Assembly: GCA_963765765.1 (NCBI GenBank)
Contig: CAVXYC010000020.1
Coordinates: forward strand, 829,363-893,362
Direction: 5' to 3'
DNA length: 64,000 nt
DNA from: an uncultured Chloroflexia bacterium
GTDB taxonomy: Bacteria; Chloroflexota; UBA6077; JACCZL01
In this document: positions 18,767 to 29,268 of the stretch, in pieces
Layout: every line of letters begins with the position of its first letter
Position numbering within the stretch: position 1 is the stretch's first letter
Program-made: the position numbers and the translations under genes
The notes under the pieces: model-generated
Told to the model about the DNA's origin: nothing
The model's input: only the letters and a program-made list of their open reading frames with translations
The model's database searches: none

Positions 18767-19279
18767 CTATACCCGTACTCCAACCGGGCGCCGTACCGAC
18801 GCCTCCTGTGTCGCAACGACGTCTGTCGCCGTCCGATGCAAGATTTCCATCGCCGATACCACGTGCTTTAACTCCTCGTCAGTCAGGTGCGCAATGACGC
18901 TCTGCAGACGACCTTCGCCTGCCGAGCGTATGCGTTGAACGAGCTCATGGCAGAATTGAGTTCCGTGAACGCGAACAACACGCCGATCCTGAGGATCGTC
19001 TTCACGTCGCACATATCCTTGATCGGTCAACCGATCTACAAGGGCTGAGATGGCGGGTTGTCCCACACCCAGCACATGCGCCAGGTCGCCCATAGAAGGT
19101 GAGCTTAATCGCTCTACTAAGAGCAAGACTTTGAGTTGCGGCATCGAGAGATCCAGCGTGAGCATGGGATCGTCCGGCCTCGCGCTGAGCATCATGAACA
19201 CGCGTGAATCAAGACTCAACGCGCGCTCCTCGAGCTCCACTCGTTCAAGTTCTGATGAATGGTCCTGCAACACCCCCAC
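18767..19279 (-). CDS. MarR-family transcriptional regulator
   Basis: LSMPQLKVLLL, MGDLAHVLGVGQPAISALVDRL..GYVRREDDPQDRRVV. Confidence 0.88.
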   Translation of the reverse strand: MGVLQDHSSELERVELEERALSLDSRVFMMLSARPDDPMLTLDLSMPQLKVLLLVERLSSPSMGDLAHVLGVGQPAISALVDRLTDQGYVRREDDPQDRRVVRVHGTQFCHELVQRIRSAGEGRLQSVIAHLTDEELKHVVSAMEILHRTATDVVATQEASVRRPVGVRV

Positions 19280-19310
19280 CCGCCTCGTTTTATTTCACTT
19301 GGTGCGAAGC

Positions 19311-19339
19311 ATTGTAATCGGGCGGTGATGCATGGTCAA
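19311..19339 (-). promoter_or_regulatory. Sigma70-type promoter for the marR-adaptor operon
   Basis: Minus strand TTGACC-N17-TACAAT. Confidence 0.55.
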
Positions 19340-19508
19340 CCAAAACGGTCTATGAGCCGCGGCGTAGCGGCGCAATGGCCTTTAGAGTGCTTTCGAGAAT
19401 CGCCGCTTTTCTAGAGCCGTTCGTCGTCGGCCGGCACATCAGGTGAGCGGTCACTCTCGCACGCATTCGAAAGCGCTTTCGCCTATTGGCTTGGGGTCGC
19501 CCACAAGC

Positions 19509-20306
19509 TTACGGTGTGTACGCGGTCAGCTCCGTCGTTGACTCACCCAGCTCGCCACCGCCAACCGTCTTCACCATGCCGACACCGCGAGCGAACCAGC
19601 TCGTGGCCTCAAACGAGATACTGATCGGCGCGGAGAAGTCTCGCACGGTGACACTGAGGTCCAGCGTCGTGTGTTGCGATATTTTCATTGCTGTATACGA
19701 ACTGGCTGGAACGCTCACCGACTCCTCGCCAGCGACGGTGCTGGTCACAGTGATCCTTCCTCTGGCCGGATTTCCGCCGATGGCTGAGGGATCGCCCTCC
19801 ACCTCATACGCTGTGGTCCAGCTCGATCCTGGGGTCCAACGATCCGCCGGTGGAAATGTCACGCCTGTCACGCTCGTTGAGACGAAGCGGAGCTGAGTCT
19901 GAGCCGTGCTCACACGCGACGCCTGGAGTGCCGTGAGCCCGTCTGGGCCGCAGCGCCACTCGTTGTCCACTGAAACGTCTGGGAAGGCCATGCGGACCGT
20001 AAAGCCGGTTGGCGACGTTGGCATGTGGGTTTCTATGAAATCGGATGCGACCGCTCCCTGAACACGATATGACCACCGCGAGTTTGATCCCACGGGAAAG
20101 TAAGGGTGGTCGCAAGCACCTGACGGAGCAGGCGCCGTGGTGGATTCAGGTATCGCGGTGGCGGGTGGCACAGTCGGCACAATTGTCGGTTGAATGGTTG
20201 GTGCCGTTGTCGGAGGCGCGGCGGTTGTAGCCGTAAGGGAGGGAGCTGATGGTGTGCATGCCATCACACTTATGAAGGCTCCCACGAATAAGACAAGACG
20301 CCTCAT
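19509..20306 (-). CDS. Lipoprotein with Pro/Thr-rich linker and DUF3108/TapB-like beta domain
   Basis: Lipobox VMA-C, PT-rich linker, YFPV..WSY and C-terminal WFARGVGMVKT. Confidence 0.65.
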   Translation of the reverse strand: MRRLVLFVGAFISVMACTPSAPSLTATTAAPPTTAPTIQPTIVPTVPPATAIPESTTAPAPSGACDHPYFPVGSNSRWSYRVQGAVASDFIETHMPTSPTGFTVRMAFPDVSVDNEWRCGPDGLTALQASRVSTAQTQLRFVSTSVTGVTFPPADRWTPGSSWTTAYEVEGDPSAIGGNPARGRITVTSTVAGEESVSVPASSYTAMKISQHTTLDLSVTVRDFSAPISISFEATSWFARGVGMVKTVGGGELGESTTELTAYTP

Positions 20307-20341
20307 TAAATATCCTTCGCTGGACGACCGAGACTGGACCT

Positions 20342-20914
20342 GTGTATACAGCAGTCACGATCGCGAGAAGTGAGAGCCATTACGTGACATCCGTCGATAT
20401 CACCATTCGTTGTCCAGCATGCGGACAGATGTTTGCGCCCAAGCGATTCGGGGCTGGCTTGAGCTGCGCGCGCTGTCTGAAACAGACCGCGCCCACGGTG
20501 CAGCTCGCCCAGCTTCTCGACCACTGGTGGGAGCCACGCCGCTGGCGGGCGGACCTTCACCGACCGAACGTTAACTTCCTTCTCGAGAAGCTCTGGACTG
20601 CCAACGGACAGGGTGAAGCCCTCTACAAGGGGATCAGCCCAAAGTTCGCCAACTACTCTATTTTTCGAAATTTGGTTACGCGCGCGATCGCCCGAGGCCT
20701 CGACGAAGGTTGGATGGAGCTGGAGTTTCCTGATGATCCGCTCGCGGATGATCCCGTCTACAAGCTGAATTTCAAGGACTCCGATCGATTTGCGCGCGAG
20801 ATGGAAGGGCTTTTTCCAGAAGTTGACTGGGACGAAACGATCGAGGTTCCCAGCGGAGCCATCGTTCCCAGCCAAATGGCCAAATCATCGAAGCCCCGCG
20901 GAAAGCGCCGCTGA
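20342..20914 (+). CDS. Hypothetical protein with N-terminal zinc ribbon
   Basis: CPACG...CARC; start may be the GTG at ~20384. Confidence 0.65.
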   Translation: MYTAVTIARSESHYVTSVDITIRCPACGQMFAPKRFGAGLSCARCLKQTAPTVQLAQLLDHWWEPRRWRADLHRPNVNFLLEKLWTANGQGEALYKGISPKFANYSIFRNLVTRAIARGLDEGWMELEFPDDPLADDPVYKLNFKDSDRFAREMEGLFPEVDWDETIEVPSGAIVPSQMAKSSKPRGKRR

Positions 20915-20957
20915 CTCCACTCCGCAAGCCGGCTCGCCGGTAGTAGCTGCCAAGCGT

Positions 20958-22034
20958 TCAGCCAGCCGACTTGATCAGGCGAACGAGCTCGTCCCCGACC
21001 TCGTTGGTCTTCGCGGTGCCCCCAACGTCGGTGGTGAGAACCTTTCCCTCGCCAGTCAGCCGCTCGATACCGCGCATGAGCAGTTGGCCCGCGTCGCGCT
21101 CGCCAATGAAATCCAACATCATGGATGCTGCCCAAACACTGGCAATGGGGTTAGCGATGCCCTTGCCTGCGATATCAGGAGCGGAGCCGTGTACTGGCTC
21201 GAATAGGGAAGGCGCTGTTCGCTCGGGGTTGATATTCGCGGAGGCCGCGAGTCCCATACTTCCCTGAATCGCAGCTGCCAGGTCGGTCAGGATGTCTCCA
21301 AAGAGATTCTCGGCCACCACAACGTCAAGCTGTTCAGGAAAGCGCACCATGCGCGCGGTCATGGCGTCTACATGGATCTTGTCTGACTGGATGTCGGCGT
21401 ACTCGGCAGCAACTATCTCGAATACTTCATCCCAGAACACCATCGAGTGGCCCATCGCATTAGACTTGGTAACGGAAGTCACGCGCTTCCGCCCCTCGTG
21501 GCGAGCCAGCTCGAATGCGTAGCGGATGATGCGCTCAACGCCGCGTCGGGTGAAGATCATGCTCTCCACCGCAACTTCATGATCGGTAGTGCGGTGCACG
21601 CGTCCACCAACGCCGGAGTAGCCACCTTCAGTGTTCTCCCGCAAGCAGACGAAGTTGATGTCATTCGTCGTCTTATCGCGTAGCGGTCCTGTGAGGCCCG
21701 GTAAGAGGCGAGCGGGTCGCTGATTGACGTAGAGATCGAACTCTTTACGGATCGGCAGGAGCAATCCCCAGAGGGAGATGTGGTCAGGAACGAGGCTTGG
21801 AAACCCGCAGGCGCCCAGATAGATCGCATCAAACTGCCGCAGCGTCTCTGTAGCGTTGTCCGGCATCATCTGGCCATGCTCGAGGTAATATCCACAGCTC
21901 CACGGAAACGTTTCGAACTCGATCTTGAAGTCTCCGCAGACCTCTTGAGCCTGGCGCATGGTGGCGAGTCCGACGTCGAGAACGTCCTTCCCGATGCCGT
22001 CACCTGGAATGACCGCTATGGAGTAGTTACGCAT
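20958..22034 (-). CDS. ttuC: Tartrate dehydrogenase/decarboxylase (D-malate dehydrogenase family)
   Basis: IPGDGIG, VPDHISLWGLLLPIR, RENTEG, TKSN, NLFGDILTDL, FEPVHGSAPDIAGKGIANP. Confidence 0.85.
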   Translation of the reverse strand: MRNYSIAVIPGDGIGKDVLDVGLATMRQAQEVCGDFKIEFETFPWSCGYYLEHGQMMPDNATETLRQFDAIYLGACGFPSLVPDHISLWGLLLPIRKEFDLYVNQRPARLLPGLTGPLRDKTTNDINFVCLRENTEGGYSGVGGRVHRTTDHEVAVESMIFTRRGVERIIRYAFELARHEGRKRVTSVTKSNAMGHSMVFWDEVFEIVAAEYADIQSDKIHVDAMTARMVRFPEQLDVVVAENLFGDILTDLAAAIQGSMGLAASANINPERTAPSLFEPVHGSAPDIAGKGIANPIASVWAASMMLDFIGERDAGQLLMRGIERLTGEGKVLTTDVGGTAKTNEVGDELVRLIKSAG

Positions 22035-22085
22035 CGATTCACAACCTCAGACGTCAAGCTCAAACTGCTCGAAAATCGATAACGC

Positions 22086-22310
22086 TCAGGATACCATCCG
22101 TCGCCGGCGGTAGTGCGAGCGCCAACCACGGACACACAGTACCAGCGCGAGAACGGCTCCGATCGCCAGGATAATCAATACTGGTGTCGCCACAATGGGC
22201 GCCCGAGCCGAGTTGATTAGGTGAGCTAGCGCATACGCCGCCAGCGCATTGATCAGACCAACGGCCACAACCGTCCACATGAGCGGACCTGACGGCAATC
22301 CCTTACTCAT
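22086..22310 (-). CDS. Small two-TM membrane protein
   Basis: Two hydrophobic helices and a basic C-terminus. Confidence 0.55.
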   Translation of the reverse strand: MSKGLPSGPLMWTVVAVGLINALAAYALAHLINSARAPIVATPVLIILAIGAVLALVLCVRGWRSHYRRRRMVS

Positions 22311-22483
22311 GCGTGAAGCGCCTTGGAGTGCGGCGTGCAGGGTGGCATCGTGGCTGGTCCCAGCAGCTCATCGCGATCATGAAAAATCCTCGGGCACTCG
22401 AGAGGTGCGTGATAGAATGCGCTTCGTGCTCCGAATCGCTGCCGAGCACGGCTTAGCGTTAGCCACTTTACGGAGACTTCCCT

Positions 22484-24028
22484 GTGCTTCAAAGCCTGTG
22501 GGCATCCTATCTTATTGTCTTCCTGAGCAGCGCCTGCACGCTCGTTCTGGAGATCGTGGCGGGCCGCATCCTGGCGCCGTTCATTGGAGTCTCGCTCTAC
22601 ACTTGGACCAGCATTATCGGCATCGTCCTGGCAGGCATCTCACTCGGGAACTATCTCGGGGGGCGGCTTGCTGATAAGGCGGCGTCGCGCCAGACACTGG
22701 GAATCCTTTTGTTCGGCGCCGGACTCACCAGCCTGGCAATCCTACCTCTAGTGTCCATTCCCAATCTGGCAGGCATCGTTCCAAAGGACGCGCCGGTCAT
22801 TGGGAGCTTCATGGGTCGTATCGTCATTCTGACTACGATGCTGTTCTTTATTCCGTCGCTGATCATGGGAATGATCTCACCGGTCGTTGTCAAGCTTGCG
22901 CTGACGGACCTCTCTCATTCGGGCAATGTCGTTGGGAAGACCTACGCGTTCTCTACGCTGGGCAGCATCTTCGGCACGTTCATCACCGGTTTTGTACTCA
23001 TCTCATCGTTCGGCACGCGTGCAATCGTGCTGGGTGTTGGAATTGTGCTGATCGTCATGGCTTTCATCGCCGGCAGGCTTTGGCGAACGCCGAAAATCGT
23101 AATTGCCCTGGCGATACCGCTTGCACTGTTGAGCTGGACAATCAACACCGGCACGGCGTTAAGCAGCGGATGTACCAAAGAAACCGATTACTACTGCATC
23201 AAGGTGTACGACGAGCCGCAATCTGGTGAGCAGGTTCTGCGGGTGCTGGTTCTTGATCACCTCATCCACAGCTATAACTCGATCGAGGACCCGACGTACA
23301 TCAAGTACGGCTACATCAAGGTCTACACGGAGTTCATTGAGTACCTGGCCCAGACGAAACCGAACTTCAGCATCCTCTACGTTGGAGGTGGCGCCTACAC
23401 GCTGCCTCGATACATCGAAGCAAAGTACCCACAGGCGCATCAGGAAGTCATCGAGATCGATCCCGGCGTAACAGAGATCAACTACACGTACATGGGCGTC
23501 AGTCGGGATACAAAGATCGTTACCCACAACTTCGACGGACGCCAGATGGTGGACACCCTGGTGGGTGAGGGGCGGAAATTTGACATCGTCATTGGTGACG
23601 CGTTCAACGATCTTTCCATTCCCTACCACCTGACCACGAAAGAGTTCAATGAGAAGATCCGCACGCTTCTCAACGACGATGGCTTCTATTTGACGCTGGT
23701 CATCGACAAGCTACGGGGCGGACTCTTCATTCCGTCATACACGCGCACACTTCAGCTCGTATTTCCCAACGTCTACATGACGGCGGATGGACCGCTGTTC
23801 GAGAGCAGCGCACCCAATACGTACGTGGTGGCTGGGTCCCCCACGCCATTGGATCTGGAGCGCTTCAACGCAGTGAAAGGGTTGGGCCCCGGCGGCCGTG
23901 TAACAACCGCGATCATGCCTGGCACTGATCTGGCGGAATATTTACGGACTGCCGGCGGTGTGTACCTGACCGATGACTACGTTCCCGCGGACAACCTCAT
24001 CGCCCCGATCTTCGCCGAGCGTTACTAG
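22484..24028 (+). CDS. Fused membrane domain / spermidine synthase-like SAM-binding protein
   Basis: LEIVAGRILAPFIGVSLYTWTSIIG TM block; VGGGAYTLP, EIDP, DAF, LTTKEF, LTDDYVP. Confidence 0.85.
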   Translation: MLQSLWASYLIVFLSSACTLVLEIVAGRILAPFIGVSLYTWTSIIGIVLAGISLGNYLGGRLADKAASRQTLGILLFGAGLTSLAILPLVSIPNLAGIVPKDAPVIGSFMGRIVILTTMLFFIPSLIMGMISPVVVKLALTDLSHSGNVVGKTYAFSTLGSIFGTFITGFVLISSFGTRAIVLGVGIVLIVMAFIAGRLWRTPKIVIALAIPLALLSWTINTGTALSSGCTKETDYYCIKVYDEPQSGEQVLRVLVLDHLIHSYNSIEDPTYIKYGYIKVYTEFIEYLAQTKPNFSILYVGGGAYTLPRYIEAKYPQAHQEVIEIDPGVTEINYTYMGVSRDTKIVTHNFDGRQMVDTLVGEGRKFDIVIGDAFNDLSIPYHLTTKEFNEKIRTLLNDDGFYLTLVIDKLRGGLFIPSYTRTLQLVFPNVYMTADGPLFESSAPNTYVVAGSPTPLDLERFNAVKGLGPGGRVTTAIMPGTDLAEYLRTAGGVYLTDDYVPADNLIAPIFAERY

Positions 24029-24072
24029 TTCCCTGGGAGCGGGGGCGTCCAGCGCTCCAGGGAACTAGTAAC
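24021..24072. terminator. Inverted repeat spanning both convergent stop codons
   Basis: GTTACTAGTTCCCTGG...CCAGGGAACTAGTAAC. Confidence 0.65.
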
Positions 24073-25015
24073 CCTTACACTTGTCGATCTGATTGATAAG
24101 CGGCTCGCCGGTGCGGTACCTCGCGAGGTTTTCAGCGAAGCCGTCCACAACTCGGCGTTGCCACCGGTCGACGTCAAAGGCCATGTGCGGTGTGATGACC
24201 GCGTTGCGCTGAGCCCAGAGTGGATGATCCTCGGCCAGCGGCTCTCGTTGAAAGACGTCCGAGGCGGCTCCGCGAATCGTCCCCGCCTCAAGGGCAGCGG
24301 CCAGAGCCATCTCGTCCACTGCTGAGCCTCGGCCAATGTTGATCAATACAGCGTCACGCCGCATGCGGCGAAGCTGTTCCGCACCGATGACGAGCTCCGT
24401 TTCCTGCGTTTGCGGAAGAACAAGAACGACGTAGTCGGAATTTTCTAGAACGCTATCGAGCTCATCGATGGTATGCATCTCGTCAGCATCGGGATGCGCC
24501 TCGCCGCTCAGTCGCACTCCGACGACTCGCATTCCAAGGGCTCGGCACTTGCGGCCTATCAAATGGCCTATGGCCCCGAATCCGATGACCGCGACGGTGC
24601 GCTCTGAGAGAAGCTGTGTTTCCTCATGCTTCCAGCGACGCTCGAGTTGATTGATCATCGTCTCGTTGAGGCGTTTAGCAAACATGAGTATGAGAGCGAG
24701 CCCGAATTCAGCAACAGGCTCATCGAAAGCTCCACGGGCATTCGTCAGGATCACGTTACTTTCGAGAAGCTCGGGAAAGACCATTGCGTCCACGCCGGCA
24801 GCGCCAACATGTACCCAGCGCAAGTCAGGCAATGAGGTCCAGTATTGCCGCAGCAGCTTGCTGCGGAAGTCCCACATGAATGCCACTTCAACGCCACGAA
24901 GATCCGGCTCCAGCCCGTCGGTCTTGGGGAGCACGACCCATTCGATATCGGCCCATCGATCCTGAAGAATGGGAAGGACGGGCGACGGATCTCGCGCGAC
25001 GAGCAGGACCTTCAT
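24065..25015 (-). CDS. D-2-hydroxyacid dehydrogenase family protein
   Basis: GFGAIG, LINIGRG, DVFQREPL, TPHMA; start at MKVLLV. Confidence 0.88.
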   Translation of the reverse strand: MKVLLVARDPSPVLPILQDRWADIEWVVLPKTDGLEPDLRGVEVAFMWDFRSKLLRQYWTSLPDLRWVHVGAAGVDAMVFPELLESNVILTNARGAFDEPVAEFGLALILMFAKRLNETMINQLERRWKHEETQLLSERTVAVIGFGAIGHLIGRKCRALGMRVVGVRLSGEAHPDADEMHTIDELDSVLENSDYVVLVLPQTQETELVIGAEQLRRMRRDAVLINIGRGSAVDEMALAAALEAGTIRGAASDVFQREPLAEDHPLWAQRNAVITPHMAFDVDRWQRRVVDGFAENLARYRTGEPLINQIDKCKGY

Positions 25016-25016
25016 G

Positions 25017-25472
25017 CTATCCACGACTCCGCGCACCAATGGTGCGGGCAGCATGCTCGGACGCTTCGTTGATCTCCTCCTGTAACTCGTTCATGCGCCG
25101 AGTGATATCCGACGCGCTCGCCGCCAGGTCTGGAACCTCAGGCTGGTCAGCCTGAGCGCGCAGCGCCAGAAGCTCAGCGCGGAGGGACTCAATACGTTTA
25201 GTGAGCTGAAGTGACTCCAGCTCTGCCTCCAGCCGCGTGTGCACGAGTTGAAGCTGCTGAAGCATCCGTTCCGAGTACTCCAGTCGCTCCTGAACGTCAG
25301 ACATCATCGCTAACGTGGTATCGATCGTCCCTTCACCGTAGAGCGTGGACGTCAAAATCTTCTCGGTCTGAGCGTGACATTGACGAACCACCTGGTTCAC
25401 CTGAGCCTCCCGCGCGGCAACATCGGCGAGGAGCAAACGCATGCGAGCAATCATGACGTCAAGCTTCTGCAT
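25017..25472 (-). CDS. Hypothetical coiled-coil protein
   Basis: Helical L/E/Q/R-rich ORF co-oriented with and abutting the dehydrogenase; start uncertain. Confidence 0.6.
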   Translation of the reverse strand: MQKLDVMIARMRLLLADVAAREAQVNQVVRQCHAQTEKILTSTLYGEGTIDTTLAMMSDVQERLEYSERMLQQLQLVHTRLEAELESLQLTKRIESLRAELLALRAQADQPEVPDLAASASDITRRMNELQEEINEASEHAARTIGARSRG

Positions 25473-25682
25473 TCGGACCATCCGACATCGACGCGCCGTC
25501 CCGGCATGATTCTGTGGCTTCCCGGAACGGGCCAATTTTGATGCTCATTATATCGAGGACATCATGTTTCTTTGATCATCACTCAGCCGCGGAAACAGGC
25601 GGGCAATTTGAGGGAACTTGAAGTCCAGCTTGGCCTATAATTGCCCATCGCATTGGCTAGTCACAGCGTCGGAGGCCCCGCC

Positions 25683-26636
25683 TTGACCGATAGCCCCACC
25701 GAGCAAGAAAGAACGGCGTTCGTCTTCCCAGGACAGGGCACGCAATACGTTGGCATGGGCAAAGCGCTCTACGACGCATCGGTCGCGGCGCAACACATCT
25801 TCCACCAGGCTGACGAGGTACTCGGTTTCCAGCTTTCCAAACTGTGCTTTGAAGGCCCAGAAGACGAGCTACAAGATACGCTCAATGCGCAACCCGCGGT
25901 TCTCACGGTCAGCGTCGCTTGCCTTGCCGCTCTTCGTGAGAAGTGGATCGAGCTGGGACGCGATCTTAAGCCATTGTTTGTCGCCGGCCACAGTCTTGGC
26001 GAATACACGGCGCTCGTCGCCGCCGATGTGCTGGACTTTGCCGATGCGCTACTTCTCGTCCGCGAGCGCGGCCGCTTGATGAAGGAGTCGGGCGACTACC
26101 AGCCCGGGGGCATGGCGGCGGTCATCGGACTTGGTCAAGATGAGCTCCAGGAAATCTGCGATGAGGCCGGCCAGGCTGGGATTATCGTCATTGCAAATAG
26201 CAACTCACCGGAACAGACGGTCATCTCTGGCGAACGTGAAGCTCTTGATCGGGCCATCGAGCTCGCCCGCGCGCGGGGGGCTCATAGCGTAGTTCCTTTG
26301 CGCATCAGCATCGCGTCCCACTCGCCGCTCATGCAGAAGGCGGCACTCCAGCTTGCCGAGCTCGTGGCTCACATTCGATTTCGAGATCCCTCAATGCCGG
26401 TTGTGGCAAACATCCAGGGTCAGATTTTGACAACGGCAGAGGAGATTCGTCGCGAGCTTGCCGATCAGATCTGCCGTCCCGTGGAATGGACACGCTCCAT
26501 CCGCGAGATGGTTGAGAATGGCACTGACACGTTTCTGGAGATCGGGCCCGGGCAAGTGCTCTCACGACTAATCAATCGCATCAATCACGACGTGCAGACG
26601 CACAGTCTGAACGAAAAACAAATCGCCAAGCTTTAA
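25683..26636 (+). CDS. fabD: Malonyl-CoA:ACP transacylase
   Basis: FPGQGTQ, AQPA, GHSLGEY, SHSPLM, EIGPGQVL; TTG start after GGAGG. Confidence 0.92.
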   Translation: MTDSPTEQERTAFVFPGQGTQYVGMGKALYDASVAAQHIFHQADEVLGFQLSKLCFEGPEDELQDTLNAQPAVLTVSVACLAALREKWIELGRDLKPLFVAGHSLGEYTALVAADVLDFADALLLVRERGRLMKESGDYQPGGMAAVIGLGQDELQEICDEAGQAGIIVIANSNSPEQTVISGEREALDRAIELARARGAHSVVPLRISIASHSPLMQKAALQLAELVAHIRFRDPSMPVVANIQGQILTTAEEIRRELADQICRPVEWTRSIREMVENGTDTFLEIGPGQVLSRLINRINHDVQTHSLNEKQIAKL

Positions 26637-26727
26637 CTCTGATACCCGTGAGGCACAGACGCCGTCGGCGAACGCGGTAACGCGTTACGCTACGCGGTCT
26701 GGAGCGGTCTTTAGATGAGGTGAACGC

Positions 26728-27965
26728 GTGCGACGCGTCGTTGTGACAGGAATAGGCGCGGTCACGCCCGTGGGAACCAGCTGCCAGAGAAACGTGGGAT
26801 GCGTTCGTCAATGGGCGCTCGGGCATTGCGCCGATCTCACTTTTCGATTCGACCAATTTTGACGTTCGCATTGCTGGCGAGGTCAAGGATTTCACAACCG
26901 ATGGAGTAATCACTCCCAAAAGAAGCCCGCCACATGGATCGCTCGGTCCAGATGGCACTGGTGGCGACACGCGAAGCCGTGACCGACGCCGGACTGGAGA
27001 TCAGTGAGGAAGAGGCCCCTAACGTGGGCGTCATTTATGGCACCGGCGCCGGCGGTTTCGGTCAGCTTCTAGCCCAACAGCACGTCATCGACGAACGCGG
27101 TCCCAGTCGCGTGAGCCCCTTTTTCATTCCGCACTTCTTGCCGGACACATCATCCGGCATGATCGCCATCCAGTACGGCGCCCAGGGTCCCAATATGGCC
27201 GTGGCATCAGCATGTGCCACGGGTGGCACTGCCGTGGGCGAAGCTATGGAGACGATTCGTCGTGGTGACTGCGACGTGATCATTACTGGCGGTGCTGAGG
27301 CGCCCATCAAGCCGGTCATCATGGCCGGCTTCATCAATATGAAGGTGCTCTCCAGCTTCTCGGACGACCCGGGGAAGGCTGCCCGCCCCTTCGATCTCAA
27401 CCGAGACGGCTTCGTGCTCGCGGAAGGCGCTGGTACGCTCATACTGGAAGAACTGGAGTACGCCAAACGTCGCGGCGCCCGAATCTACGCAGAAGTTGTG
27501 GGCTACGGATCCACCAACGACGCGTATCACATGGCGGCCCCACGCCCGGACAGCGCTGGGCCCATCCGAGCAATGAAGATGGCGCTGCGCAAGGCAGAGC
27601 TACCATTGGATTCTGTGAACTACATCAACGCTCACGGGACGGGAACGGTATTGAACGACAGGCTGGAGACCGGCGCCGTAAAGTCAGTTTTTGGGAACCA
27701 CGCGTACGATCTCGCCATAACATCGACTAAGTCAATGGTTGGACATATGATGGGCGCTGCCGGTGCCGTCGAATCAATTGCATGTATCCGTGCTATCTAC
27801 GATGGCGTCATACCGCCAACCATTAACCTGAACGTGCCCGATCCTGACTGTGATCTCGACTACGTACCCAGGACCGCTCGAGAGACCAGGGTCCAGGTAG
27901 CCATGACAAACAGCATCGGTCTCGGCGGCCATAATTCTTGCGTCATCTTCCGGAGCTATTCATGA
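26728..27965 (+). CDS. fabF: 3-oxoacyl-ACP synthase II, copy 1 (frameshifts near 26780 and 26920)
   Basis: GTG start MRRVVVTGIGAVTPVG read manually; SACATG, NAHGTGT, KSMVGHMMGAAG, NSIGLGGHN. Confidence 0.88.
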
Positions 27966-29219
27966 ACCTGCGCAACGAGCACGGTCATCGCGTCGTGGTG
28001 ACCGGCGTTGGCACAGTCAACCCGATTGGTCTCAACGTGGAGGAGTTCTGGCCGAACCTTCTGGCCGGTACGTCAGGGGTTGGACCTATCACTCAATTCG
28101 ATGCCAGCGACTTGGCCGTGCAGATGGCAGCCGAGGTGAAGAACTTCGATCCGCGCCAGCACATGGATCCCAAAGCAGCGCGCCGGATGAGTCGATTTGC
28201 CCAGTTCTCAGTTGCAGCGAGCGGCATGGCGCTGGCGGACGCGAACTTCAAAGTCACCGCTGAAAATGCCTACGACGTGGGTGTGATGGTTGCCACCGGC
28301 GGCGGCGGGGTGGGTGAAGTGATGGACGAGACGAAGGTCCTTATCACCCAGGGCCCGGATCGGGTGAATCCTCTATTCGTCCCTGCCATGATCGCCAACA
28401 TGGCTTCATGCCAGGTCTCAATTACGTACGGCATCAAAGGGCCTGTTACGACCAATATCGCGGCTTGTGCAGCCGGCATTGCGGCGTACTTTGAGGCGAT
28501 CCATTTCCTGCGACGGGGTGATATCGAGGTCGCCGTTGCCGGAGGAACGGAGAGCGCAATTCTGCCCTCTCTCGTTCATCTCGCTCAGTCGAATTGGCGC
28601 ACTCTCGAAACGGAATGATGATCCGGCCCATGCCTCGCGGCCGTTCGATCGCGATCGCGACGGGTTTGTTTTCGGAGAAGGCGCAGGCGTTATGGTCCTT
28701 GAGACGGCAGAGCACGCCGTCGGTCGTGGTGCACGTATTTACGCGGAGCTTGCCGGCGCATCTACCAACAGCGACGCTTTCCATCTCACGGCGCCGGAGC
28801 CATCGGGAGAAAGCGCATCCCGCGCGATGAGCGGTGCCCTGCGCGACGCCGGTGTTACGCCCGATGAGGTCGATTACATCTGCGCCCACGGAACGGGCAC
28901 ACCGCTAAATGACGCGTCCGAGACGAGGGCCATCAAGCGCGTGTTCGGAGAGGCGGCCTACAAGGTCTCGATCTCTTCACCGAAATCCATGGTGGGCCAT
29001 CTCCTTGGCGCAGCCGGTGGAATCTCAGCCATCACCGCCGCCAAAGCAATTCACCATGATCTCGTACCGCCCACCAGTAACCTCGATAATCCAGATCCCG
29101 AGTGCGATCTCGACTACACCCCGCTGGTCCCTCGTGAGCGCAAGGTCAACATAGCCATGGCCAATGGCTTCGGCTTCGGCGGTCAGAACGCGGTGATCGT
29201 GTTGAGGAAGTTCGAGTAG
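27962..29219 (+). CDS. fabF: 3-oxoacyl-ACP synthase II, copy 2 (frameshift near 28570)
   Basis: [52 protein letters not shown]. Confidence 0.88.
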
Positions 29220-29268
29220 GAGGCCCGCTCTACGGCTGCTGCGGAGTCTCTAAGGGCGCGCGAGTCCG

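Noticed and set aside
26780-28570. Programmed ribosomal frameshifting in fabF and other genes
   Set aside because: Shifts are scattered across unrelated genes without consistent slippery sites; sequencing indels are more parsimonious.
26728-29219. Type II PKS KS/chain-length-factor pair
   Set aside because: Both copies keep the catalytic Cys and look like FabF; no ACP, cyclase or tailoring genes adjacent.
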